Source: Felis catus (taxonomy: Eukaryota). From it: 64,000 nucleotides of DNA. The position numbers and the translations under genes were made by a program. This document shows positions 12,718 to 23,593 of this stretch, piece after piece (positions within the stretch are counted from its first letter, which is position 1; each line of letters opens with the position of its first letter). The notes beneath the pieces are model-generated. The model was given only the letters and a program-made list of their open reading frames with translations. It searched no databases and was not told the DNA's origin. The stretch covers positions 40,922,001 to 40,986,000 of the forward strand of contig NC_058368.1 of NCBI RefSeq assembly GCF_018350175.1, in the 5' to 3' direction.

Positions 12718-12920
12718 GGGACGCCTGGGTGGCTTGGTCGGTTAAGCGTCCGACTTCGCTCAGGTCATGATTTCACGGTCCGTGGGTTCGAGCCCCGTGT
12801 CAGGCTCTGTGCCAACAGCTCAAAGCCTGGAGCCTGTTTCAGATTCTGTGTCTCCCTCTCTCTGTGACCCTCCCCCGTTCATGCTCTGTCTCTCTCTGTC
12901 TCAAAAATAAACGTTAAAAA
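12718..12920 (+). mobile_element. Can-SINE (SINEC_Fc)
   Basis: Canonical body; TSD tttttggtataagc on both sides. Confidence 0.97.
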
Positions 12921-13371
12921 TTTTTTTTTTTGGTATAAGCCAATTGTATACTGAATGCTACAAGCTCAGGTTGGGAAGATTCAGAGATTGACATTTAGAG
13001 GTCAAACAAGGAATGACGGCAAATAAAGGAGACACAAAATATTGGGTAATGTGTTAGAAGCATTCCAGAGTTGTGTGTGGTCATACAAAACAAGACAAAG
13101 TGTTTCAAAATGGAAGACATGATCAATTAGTTATATGCCACTCAGAGGTCAAGGAAGATAAGAACAGAAAGGTAATCTTTGTATTTACTGACTTTAAAAG
13201 AAGTTTCTATTCCTTTTTTGAAGTAGAATCAAAGTCTGATAAGACTTTTTTAGAATAGAAGGAAAGATATAATAAAGAGTAAGCAATATTTTATCTTAGT
13301 CTCACTCTGACAGAAAGAGACAGAGACAGAGAGACAGTAAACAAATGAGTTAACAGCTAACGTGTGTTTAT

Positions 13372-13485
13372 GGGGCACGTGGGTGGCTCAGTTGGTTAAG
13401 CATCCAGCTTCTGCTCAGGTCGTGATCTCTGTCTCTCTCAAAAATAAACACTGAAAATATTTTTTAATTAAATAAATAAAAAAAA
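13372..13485 (+). mobile_element. Internally deleted Can-SINE
   Basis: Head up to gtgatctc joined directly to tgtctctctcaaaaataaa; degenerate TSD ending gtgtgttta. Confidence 0.88.
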
Positions 13486-13704
13486 TAGCCAAAGTGTGTT
13501 TAAGGTCAAGGAGTTATTTCTCACTAAAATGAAACCATTCAGGAATGACTGTATTCTAAGGGGAATTATAAATAATCAGAAACTGAAGATGAAAAACAAT
13601 GTAAAAGAAAATTTGACAACTCTGATGATAGAATAAATTTGTATAATTTTTGTCAAATGCAATTAGTTTAAGTTTTAAGTTCTTAGTAGTTTTATTTACT
13701 TTGA

Positions 13705-13960
13705 AAAGTTAATCTCACTTCTGGGAATCTATCCCAGAAACTTACCTAAAAGAATACTATTCACTGCATTATTTAAAATCTCAAAATATGGAGAATGCAA
13801 AAATGTCCTACAAAATAGCTCATCCCTACAATGGTATATTATACAATTATTGTAAAAATGTATTTTTGAAGAATATTCAATAAAGGAAAATATATGAAAT
13901 ACTGTTATATGATAAAGAAGTATTAAAATTATACTGAAAATGATAATAATTATATATTCA
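13705..13960 (+). mobile_element. Very old L1 (L1ME-like) 3' fragment
   Basis: aatctcacttctgggaatctatccc..ttcactgcattattt..aaatgtcc..caatgg..tattata. Confidence 0.55.
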
Positions 13961-14716
13961 AGTGTGCATTTGAATACATTTTTATATATGTATATATATA
14001 TATATATATATATTCATATGTATAAGTATGTTTTTTTATACATGTGAATTTTCAAATATGCATTCAGTTTACATATCTGATTGCTAAAATAATTTGTGTT
14101 TTCTCTAACTTTTCCATATATTCCAAAATGTTTTCACAGAAACAGGCATGCACATTTTTATAATGAGAAAAATATGCATTTAAAATAGTTTCTAAAAGTG
14201 TTATTTTGAGAGCAGAATGTAAGTCAGCAACCACTAGAACATTCCATGGGAATGAACAGGATAGCACTCAACATGGAAGGCACCTTTTGCTCCCCTTAAA
14301 GCTAGAAACCTCCATCAGTAACCTTTAGTTGTCCTGGAGTGGACATTTCCTAAAGGGGGAAAAATATATAAAGTATTTCATAGGATCAGGGATGGGAAAA
14401 AATTGCTTCTTGAACACTGGCTGTATCTACATAGTTTCAGCTGTAAAAAAATCACTATAGAGTAAATATTAAATCACAAAAATATAACTCTCTTCAGGCA
14501 TTAGTAAAGCTAGAAATTTTATATAATTTAGGATTAAAATTTTAAGTAAAGTTTTAGAACAAGTGTTGAAGAATTAGTTACGTTTTAAAATGCCTTAAGT
14601 TGAAAGAAGTTACTAGTTAATTTCATACTGATACAAGTAGACTATAGACACAGAATGAAGAGTAAAAAAAGAAATTAGAAACTGACATAGGTCTATGGTT
14701 TTAACTGGGATCCCTA

Positions 14717-14923
14717 GGGGTGCCTGGGTGGCTCATTCAGTTGAGAGTCTGACTTCAGCTCAGGTCATCATCTCTCAGCTTGTTGGTTCGAGTCCCGCGT
14801 GGGGCTTTGTGCTGACAGCTCAGAGCCTGGAGCCTGCTTCAGATTCTGTGTCTCTGTCTCTCTCTGTCCCTCCCCTGCTTGTGCTCTGTCTCTCTCTGTC
14901 TCTCAAAAACAAATAAACATTAG
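14717..14923 (+). mobile_element. Can-SINE
   Basis: Canonical body; TSD aactgggatccc at 14703-14714 and 14924-14935. Confidence 0.97.
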
Positions 14924-14939
14924 AACTGGGATCCCATGA

Positions 14940-15352
14940 AAGCAAAAATTCTGGTCTAATCATGAGAAAAACATCACAGAAATCGTCACTGAGGAACATT
15001 ATACAAAGCATCTGACTAGTACTCTTCAAAACAGTCAAGTCCATCCCAAACAAGGCAAGTCTGAGTAAACTGTCACAGCCAAAAGGAGCCTAAGAATGAT
15101 TCAGGAAGGTAAATGTAATGTGGTATTGTGCATAAGATCCTGGAACAGAAAATATTACATAAAAGCTAAGTAACTAAATAAATTATGGACTTCAGTTAAT
15201 CCTAAGGTTTCAGTATTGACTTCATTGATTTTAAAATGTGTATCATAATGTAAGATGTTGGAAATAGGAGAAATTCGGTGCTAAGCATAAGGGAACTCTC
15301 TGTACTATTTGTGATTTATCTGAAAATTTAACACTGTTCAAAAAAAAAAAAA
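14940..15352 (+). mobile_element. L1MC-like 3' end with poly(A)
   Basis: ctaatcatgagaaaaacatcacag..tactcttcaaaacagtcaag..aaatgtaatgtggtat..gatcctggaacagaaa..gggaactctctgtacta followed by an A run. Confidence 0.8.
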
Positions 15353-16482
15353 GACTGGGATCATCATAATACCATAGAAACACATTTAAGTACCAGGGAT
15401 AAGCAAATAGAATATCATAAAATTGCTATTTAAGGTTTTCTAAAAGACTTACAAGGGGAAGGTGTAGTTTGAATGAGAGCTCCCTTAAAAATGGAGACAT
15501 CTATTTGAGGATGGTGAGAAGAGAACACATAATTTATCTTCCCTTTGAAAAGCCATTGAAATGAGAATATAGAATTAGAGATGCAAATATATTCACAAAA
15601 ATACTGATGACCATAGTGTGTGTATGGGGGGGGGGGTCAGATTCTCTGAACTATTTTAGTGAAATTCTCAAAGACTGAAAGCAGTTGGAATGATACTGAT
15701 ATTCCACACAAATACCTTAGAACTAAGATGCCCACAGCTGAGAAACACAGAATTTTTCAGAGTGAACTGTGGTTCATGGCAGAGGCCATACTGATGAGTT
15801 ACTGAGGTCAGAGAAAGTAGTGTGAAATTACACACAATTTTGTCTTCAAAATGGCCATATTCTTTGGCCATCCTCACAGTACTTTTGTCCTCCTTGCTTG
15901 TCCAGTGGCCTATTTCCCAATCTGAAAACAAATTAAAGACCTTTCATATATTCTCTTTAGAGAAAGGTTATGACTGACCGAGCAGGAATTGGCATTACCC
16001 AATTCTAGACTAAAAGACAAAAGTTCAAATTAGGATGCAAATCTGTAAGCTGTGAGAAAAGAAAAAAAAATCACAAGGGGGAAAATGTATTTCAGGTACT
16101 AAGTGACATATCTAGAATCTGCATAATCTAAGGAAGTAAAAGGATAACAAAGCAAATAAGTGTGTTGCAATTTACTAACCCCTCTTCCATCTTGCTAATC
16201 ATTTCTCCATTTCTATTTGAAACATTCTAGTTTTAGTGACACAGGTTGTAGAATATTTCTCTTCATCTATATTCAAATATACCTTTTGATTCTTCTAGGA
16301 CTAGTATTTAATACCTAGGCAATTATACAATCTGGCCATTTGTGTTCAACTCTTGAAATGATAGAAATTTAATTAATTATTAATTATTAACAACAAATAT
16401 TGAAATGGTATACATTACAAGTATAGAAGGTACCTAATATGTCATTAATATTAATTATGTAAAATTAATACTGTATTGATGA

Positions 16483-16650
16483 GGGGCTCCTGGGTGGCTC
16501 AGTCAGTTAGCATCTGACTCCTCACTTTGGCTCAGGTCATGACATCCCAGTTCTTGAGTTCGAGCCCCATGTCAGGTTCTGCATTGACAGTGTGGAGTCT
16601 GTCTGGGATTCTCTCTCTCCCTCTCTCTCTACCCCTCCCCCACTCTAAAA

Positions 16651-16689
<39 letters not shown>

Positions 16690-16715
16690 ACTTTCAAAAA
16701 AGGAATATTAAAAAA
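16483..16715 (+). mobile_element. Can-SINE with (TAAA)n tail
   Basis: ggggctcctgggtggctcagtcag head. Confidence 0.95.
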
Positions 16716-16911
16716 ATAATATATTAAGTAGTATTTTGAGGTGGCTGGTGAAAGACGGGGTGAAGAGAAAAATTATGGGGGCATTAAATCTTCCCTTCAG
16801 GTATCAAGGTATACTGTGTAATGTTTATAGTTAAGGAAACAGAAAGCAAATACATATTATTTAAAATTAAAAATTAATTTTCAATGAGTGATTAAAAATC
16901 ACTCACTGTGA

Positions 16912-17030
16912 TGGCGCTTCTGGCTGACTTACTCAATAGAGCTTGAGACTCTTAATCTCAGGGTCATGAGTTCAAGCCCCATGTTGGGGATAGAATATAT
17001 TAAAAAAAATTTTTTTTAAAAAACAAAAAT
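16912..17030 (+). mobile_element. Short tRNA-Lys(CTT)-derived SINE / processed tRNA pseudogene
   Basis: gagactcttaatctcagggtcatgagttcaagccccatgttggg matches the anticodon and T arms of tRNA-Lys-CTT; degraded 5' part; A-rich tail. Confidence 0.85.
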
Positions 17031-17825
17031 AAAAGGAACACTGATATTTAGCATCAGTTCTCATGAATGATGCCTATTTCAGAAAAATGAGATCGTCAAT
17101 GAATAATCTCTGAAATTTTACCATGGGGACATGTGGCTAAAATCCTCTGGTGATGATTTAAATAAATATTACTTTACACAGACATATTATAGACTATATT
17201 TTAATTTTTACTGATATCAAATATAGAACATTTAAATTCAAACAATTTTGCTGCTTTGGGTAATGACCCCAGACGCTAATCTATGATGTCTTAGCTACTT
17301 CTGTCCAAATGACTCAAATATCACAGGAGAGGATCGTTATTAGTTTACAGTGGCTCATGAAGGTATTATTGTTGTACCTTACTGTGTGTATGCAACCACT
17401 TGACCATATATATTCATATATACAATAACCAAAATAATTAATAAAATATAATATATACATTACATGTAATATAAAATATGTTATATAAAATATATGTGAA
17501 ATATGCACATAAAAAGATGTTCCCTCCATAGTACATGCCCTATAGCTTAATTAGATTTGGCTTTCTTTTTCTTCTCACTATAAATCTTTATTTTAATTTT
17601 TTTTTTAACTTACATCTAAATTAGCATATAGTGTAACAATGATTTCAGGAGTGGATTCCTTAGTGCCCCTTACCCATTTAGCCCATCCCCCCTCCCACAA
17701 CCCCTCCAGTAACCCTCAATTTGTTCTCCATATTTATGAGTCTCTTCCGTTTTGTCCCCCTCCCTGTTTTTATATTATTTTTGTTTTCCTTCCCTTATGT
17801 TCATGTGTTTTGTCTCTTAAAGTCC

Positions 17826-20800
17826 TCATATGAGTGAAGTCATATGATTTTTGTCTTTCTCTGATTGACTAATTTCATTTAGCATAATACCTTCCAGTTC
17901 CATCCACGTAGTTGCAAATGGAAAGATTTCATTCTTTTTGATTGCTGAGTAATACTCCATTGTATATATATACACCACATCTTCTTTATCCATTCATCCA
18001 TCGAGGGATATTTGGGCTCTTTCCATACTTTGGCTACTTTGATAGTGTTGCTATAAACATGGGGGTGCATGTGTCCCTTCGAAACAGCACACCTGTATCC
18101 CATGGATAAATACCTAGTAGTGCAATTGTTGGGTCATAGGGTAGTTCTATTTTTAGTTTTTACAGGAACCTCCATACTGTTTTCCAGAGCGGCTGCACCA
18201 GCTTGCATTGCCACCAACAATGCAAAAGAAATCCTCTTTGTCCTCATCCTCGCCAACATCTGTTGTTGCCTGACTTGTTACTGTTAGCCATTCTGACAAG
18301 TGTAAGGTGGTATCTCATTGTGGTTTTGATTTGTATTTCCCTGATGATCAGTGATGTGGAGCATTTTTTCATGTGTTGGTTGGCCATCTGGATGTCTTCT
18401 TTGGTGAAGTATCTATTCATGTCTTTTGACCATTTCTTCACTGGATTATTTATTTTTTGGGTGTTGAGTTTGATAAGTTCTTTATAGATTTTGTATACTA
18501 GCCCTTTATCTGATATGTCATTTATGAATATCTTCTCCCATTCTGACGGTTGCCTTTTAGTTTTGCTGATTTGTTTCCTTTGCTGTGCAGAAGCTTTTTA
18601 TTTTGTTGAGGCCCCAGTAGTTCATTTTTGCTCTTGTTTCCCTGCCTCTGGGGACATGTTGAGTAAGAAGTTGCTGCGGCCAAGGTCAAAGAGGATTTTA
18701 CCTGCTTTCTCGTCAAGGATTTTGATGGCTTCCTGTCTTACATTGAGGTCTTTCATCCATTTTGTTTATTTTTGTGTATGGTGTAAGCAAGTGGTCCAGG
18801 TTCATTCTTCTGCATGTCGCTGTCCAGTTTTCCCAGCACCACTTGCTGAAGAGACTGTCTTTATTCCATTGGATATTCTTTCCTGCTTTGTCAAAGATTA
18901 GTTGGCCATATGTTTGTGGGTCCATGTATGGTTTTCTATTCTGTTCCATTGATCTGAGTGTCTGTTCTTGTGTCAGTACCACACTATCTTGATGATTACA
19001 GCTTTGTAGTATAGCTTGAAGTCTGGGATTGTGATGCCTCCTGCTTTGGTTTTCTTTTTCAAGATTGCTTTCACTCTTTGGGGTCTTTTCCTGTTCCATA
19101 CAAATTTTAGGATCATTTGTTCTAGCTCTGTGAAGAATGCTGGTGTTATTTTGATAGGGGTTGCATTGAATATGTAGATTGCTTTGGGCAGTATTGACAT
19201 TTTAACAATATTTGTTCTTCCTATCCAGGAGCATGGAATCTTTTTCCATTTTTTTGTGTCTTCTTCAATTTCTTTCATAAGCTTTCTATAGTTTTCAGTG
19301 TATAGGTTTTTCACCTCTTTGGTTAGATTTATTCCTAGCTATTTTATGGGTTTTGGTGCAACTGTAAATGGGATCAATTTCTTGATTTCTCTTTCTGTCA
19401 CTTCATTGTTGGTGTGTAGGAACGCAACCGATTTCTGTGTGTTGATATTATATCCAACAACTTTGCTGAATTCATGGATCAGTTCTAGCAGTTTTTTGGT
19501 GGAATCTTTTGGGTTTTCCATATAGAGCATCATGTCTTCTGTGAAGAGTGAAAGTTTGACCTCCTCTTGGCCGATTTGGATGCCTTTTATTTCTTTGTGT
19601 TGTCTGATTGCAGAGGCTAAGACTTCCAATACTATGTTGAAAAACAGTGGTGAGAGTGGACATCCCTGTCTTGTTCCTTACTTTAGGGGGAAAGCTCAGT
19701 TTTTCCCCACTGAGGATGATATTAGCATTGGGTCGTTCATATATGGCTTTTATGATCTCGAGGTATGATCCTTCTATCCCTACTTACTTGAGGGTTTTTA
19801 TCAAGAAAGGATGCTCTATTTTGTCAGATGCTTTCTCTACATCTATTGAGAGATCATATGGTTCTTGTCCTTTCTTTTATTGATGTGATGAATCACGTTA
19901 ATTGTTTTACAGATATTGAACCAGCCCTGCATCCCAGATATAAATCCCACTTGGTCATGATGAATAATCTTTTTCATGTATTGTTGGATCCGGTTGGCTA
20001 ATATCTTGTTGAGTATTTTTGCATCCATGTTCATCAGGGCATTTGGTCTATAGTTCCCATTTTTAGTGGGGTCTCTGTCTGGTAATGCTGGCTTCACAGA
20101 AAGAGTTTGGAAGTTTTCCTCCCATTTTTATTTTTTGGAACAGTTTCAAGAGAATAGGTGTTAACTCTTCATTAAATGTTAGATAGAATTCCCCTGGAAA
20201 GCCATCTGGCCCTGGACTCTTGTTTTTTGGCAGATTTTTGACTACTAGTTTGATTTCCATACTGGTTATAGGTCTGTTCAAATTTTCTATTTCTTCCTGT
20301 TTCAGTTTTGGTAGTGTATATGTTTCTGGGAATTTGTCCGTTTCTTCCAGATTGCTCATTTTATTGGCATAAAATTGCTCATAATATTCTCTTATTATTG
20401 TGTTTATTTCTGGTGTGTTGGTTGTGATCTCTCCTCTTTCATTCTTGATTGTATGTATTTGGGTCCTTTCCTTTTTCTTTTTGATCAAACTGGCTAATGG
20501 TTTGTCAATTTTGTTAATTCTTTCAAAGAACCAGCTTCTGGTTTCATTGATCTGTTCTACTGTGGTTTTGTTTTTGTTTTTGTTTTTTTGGTTTCGATAG
20601 CATTAATTTCTGCTCTAATCTTTATTATTTCCTGTCTTCTGCTGGTTTTGGGTTTGATTTGCTGTTCTTTTCCCAGCTCCTTAAGGTGTAAGGTTACATT
20701 ATGTATCTGAGATCTTTCTTCCTTCTTTAGGAAGGCCTGGATTGCTATATACTTTCCTTTATGACCGCCTTTGCTGCGTCCCAGAGGTTTTGGGTTGTGG

Positions 20801-21633
20801 TGTTACCTTTTCACTGACTTCCATATACTTTTTAAATTTTGTCTTTAACTTCTTGGTTAGCCCATTCATTCCTTAGTAGGATGTTCTTCAGTCTCCAAGT
20901 ATTTGTTACCTTTCCAATTTTTTTCTTGTGGCTGATATCTAGTTTCATAGCATTGTAGTCTGAAAATATGCATGCTATGATCTCGATCTTTTTGTACTTA
21001 CTTAGGGCGATTTGTATCCCAGTATGTGGGAGAACGTGGAGAATGTTCCATCTGCACTGGAGAAGAATGTATACTCTGCTGCTTTAGGATGAAATGTTCT
21101 GAATATATCTGTTAAGTCTATCTGGTCTAGTGTGTCATTCAAAGCCATTGTTTCCTTCTTGATTTTTTGAGTAGATGACCTGTCCATTGCTGTGAGTAGG
21201 GTTTGAAGTCTCCTACTATTATGGTAATACTATCAATGAGTTTCTTTATGTTTATGATTAATTGATTTATATATTTGGGTGTTCCACATTTGGTGCATAA
21301 ATGTTTACAATTGTTAGGTCTTCTTGGTGGATAAACCCCTTGATTATGATATAATGCCCTTCTGCATCTCTTGATACAGTCTTTAAAGTCTAGATTGTCT
21401 CATATAAGTATGGCTACTCTGGCTTTCTTTTGTTGACTAGTAGCATGTTAGATGGTTCTCCATCCCCTTATTTTCAATCTGAAGGTGTCTTTAGGTCTTA
21501 AGTGGGTCTCTCATAAACAGCATATAGATGGATCTTGTTTTCTTATCCATTCTGTTACCCTATGTCTTTTGATTGGAGCATTGAGTCCATTGATGTTTAG
21601 AGTGAGTACTGAAAGATATGAATTTATTGCCAT
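17826..21633 (-). pseudogene. L1 ORF2 (endonuclease/reverse transcriptase), frameshifted
   Basis: Fragments [38 protein letters not shown] (FADD motif mutated), [15 protein letters not shown] lie in different frames. Confidence 0.95.
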
Positions 21634-21701
21634 TATAATGCTTGTAGAGTTGGACTTTCTGGTGGTGTTCTCTGATCCTTTCTAATCTTTGTTGCTTTTG
21701 A

Positions 21702-21719
21702 GATATATATATATATCTA

Positions 21720-21760
<41 letters not shown>

Positions 21761-21833
21761 AGATATATATATATATATATATACATCTAGATATATATCT
21801 AGATATATATCTAGATATATATATATACATAAA

Positions 21834-21888
<55 letters not shown>
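21702..21888. repeat. (TA)n expansion with TCTAGA interruptions in the L1 inter-ORF spacer
   Basis: Direct inspection; absent from the homologous spacer at ~42600-42698. Confidence 0.92.
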
Positions 21889-21891
<3 letters not shown>

Positions 21892-21913
21892 TTTGTTTCC
21901 ATCTTTTCTCCCC

Positions 21914-22794
21914 TCAGAGATTCCCCCTTAAAATTTCTTGTAGGGCTGGTTTAGTGGTCACAAACTCCTTTAATTTTTGTTTGTCTGGGAAACTTTTTAT
22001 CTCTGCTTCTATTTTGAATGACAGCTTTGCTGGATAAAGAATTCTTGGCTGCATATTTTTCTGATTCAGCACATTGAATATATCCTGTCACTCCTTTGTG
22101 GCCTGCCAAGTTTCTGTGAATATGTCTGCTGCAAACCTGATCTGTCTTCCTGTGTAGGTTAGGGACTTTTTTTCCCTTGCTGCTTTCATGATGCTCTCTT
22201 TGCCTGAGTATTTTGTGAATTTCACTATGATATGCCTTGTTGATGGTCGGTTTTTGTTGAATCTAATGGGGGTCCTCTGTGCTTCCTGGATTTTGATGTC
22301 TGTGTCTTTCCCCAGGTTTGGAAAGTTTTCTGCTATGATTTGCTCACATAACCCTTCTACCCCTATTTCTCTCTCTTCCTCCTCTGGGACCCCTATGATT
22401 CTGATGTTGTTCCTTTTTCATGAGTCACTGATTTCTCTAATTCTTACATCGTGCTCTTTTATCTTAATTTCCCTTTTTTTTCTGCTTCATTATTCTCTAT
22501 GAGTTTGTCCTGTATATCGCTGATTCTCTGTTCTGCCTCATCCATCCTTGCCGCTGCTGCATCCATCTGTGATTGCAGCTCAGTTATAGCATTTTTTTAT
22601 TTCATTCTGGCTATTGTTTACTTCTTTTATCTCTGCATAAAGGGATTCTAATCTATTTTCGACTCCAGCTCGTATTCTTCTTATTGTGATTCTAAATTTG
22701 GTTCACAGATCTTGCTTGTATCTGTGTTGGTTAAATCCCTGGCTCTTGTTTCTTCATGCTCTTTCTTTTGGGGTGAATTCCTTTGTTTTGTCAT
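21914..22794 (-). pseudogene. L1 ORF1, disrupted
   Basis: Starts MTKQRNSPQKKEHEE, ends ..QEILRGNL*; frameshifted. Confidence 0.9.
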
Positions 22795-22980
22795 TTTGGA
22801 GGGAGAAAAGGAATTAAAGGGTAGAAAAATAAAAATTAAGAAAAAAATTTTAAATATTAAAAAAATTAAACACACACACACAAATAATAAATGATGCTAG
22901 ATCCTAGGTGTGTTTTAGTCTGGGTGTTGAAAGTGGTTTGACAGATTAGAGAAAAAAGGGGGGAGGGGAAGGAAATCGTT

Positions 22981-23405
22981 TGAGAATTTGAAAAAATGAA
23001 TACACTGATATAGATTAAATTGGGATGACAGGAGTAAAATAGAATTTGAAAAAAATTTACACAAAAGTAAAGAATATAGTAGAAAAAAATCAAAGAAAAA
23101 TATTTTTAATAAAAATTAAAAATAAAAAGGAATTTTTTTCTTTCTGTATTCAAGAAAAAGAAAAGAAACGATAAAGAGAAAAAAGAAAAAAAATTCTTGA
23201 AAATTTGAAAAAGTGAATACACTGTAGTAGACTAAAATAAAATGATGGAAATAAAATAGAATTTGAAGAAATTTACATAAAAGCAAAAAATGTAGTAAAA
23301 AAATTAAAGAAAATATTTTTAATAAAAACTGAAAATAAAAATGAATTTTTTCTCTTTCTGCATTCAGGAAAAAAAAAAAGAAGTGAAAAAGAGAAAAAGA
23401 AATTG
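22981..23405. repeat. Two diverged ~215-bp tandem units in the L1 5'UTR
   Basis: tga(g/a)aatttgaaaaa..tgaatacactg..aaaatagaatttgaa..aaaatatttttaataaaaa..tctttctg(t/c)attca present twice. Confidence 0.85.
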
Positions 23406-23560
23406 AATAGATGGAACTGCTAACAGATTTAAATGTGACTGAAATTACTTCGTTTTCCCCTAGAAGTCAGACTACGGAGCACTTTATAGTCCATAAACTA
23501 AGCAGCCGGTGAGACTTGTGTCCTTGAAGAGGGAGGTTGGTCCAGTTGGGTGGGGCTTAG

Positions 23561-23593
23561 TGTAATGGCTCCATTCTCCACTAGATGGCGCTG
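23561..23593 (+). promoter_or_regulatory. Candidate CTCF site (core plus upstream module) in the L1 5'UTR
   Basis: tgtaatggc-N8-ccactagatggcgctg; core fits CCASYAGRKGGCRS. Confidence 0.65.

Larger units (their letters stand above)
11700..13260 (-). mobile_element. L2 LINE fossil, interrupted by two SINEs
   Basis: taaatatttgagtac..ctatgt; cagtgaaagcttctttgaggagacaacatttt; ggctggagc; gaggtcaaggaagataagaacagaaa: typical antisense L2 motifs. Confidence 0.65.

Noticed and set aside
16912..16990. Functional tRNA-Lys gene
   Set aside because: Acceptor stem and D-arm are degraded, and an A-rich retroposon tail follows
17826..21633. Intact, active L1 ORF2
   Set aside because: Split over many frames; the catalytic FADD motif reads FTED
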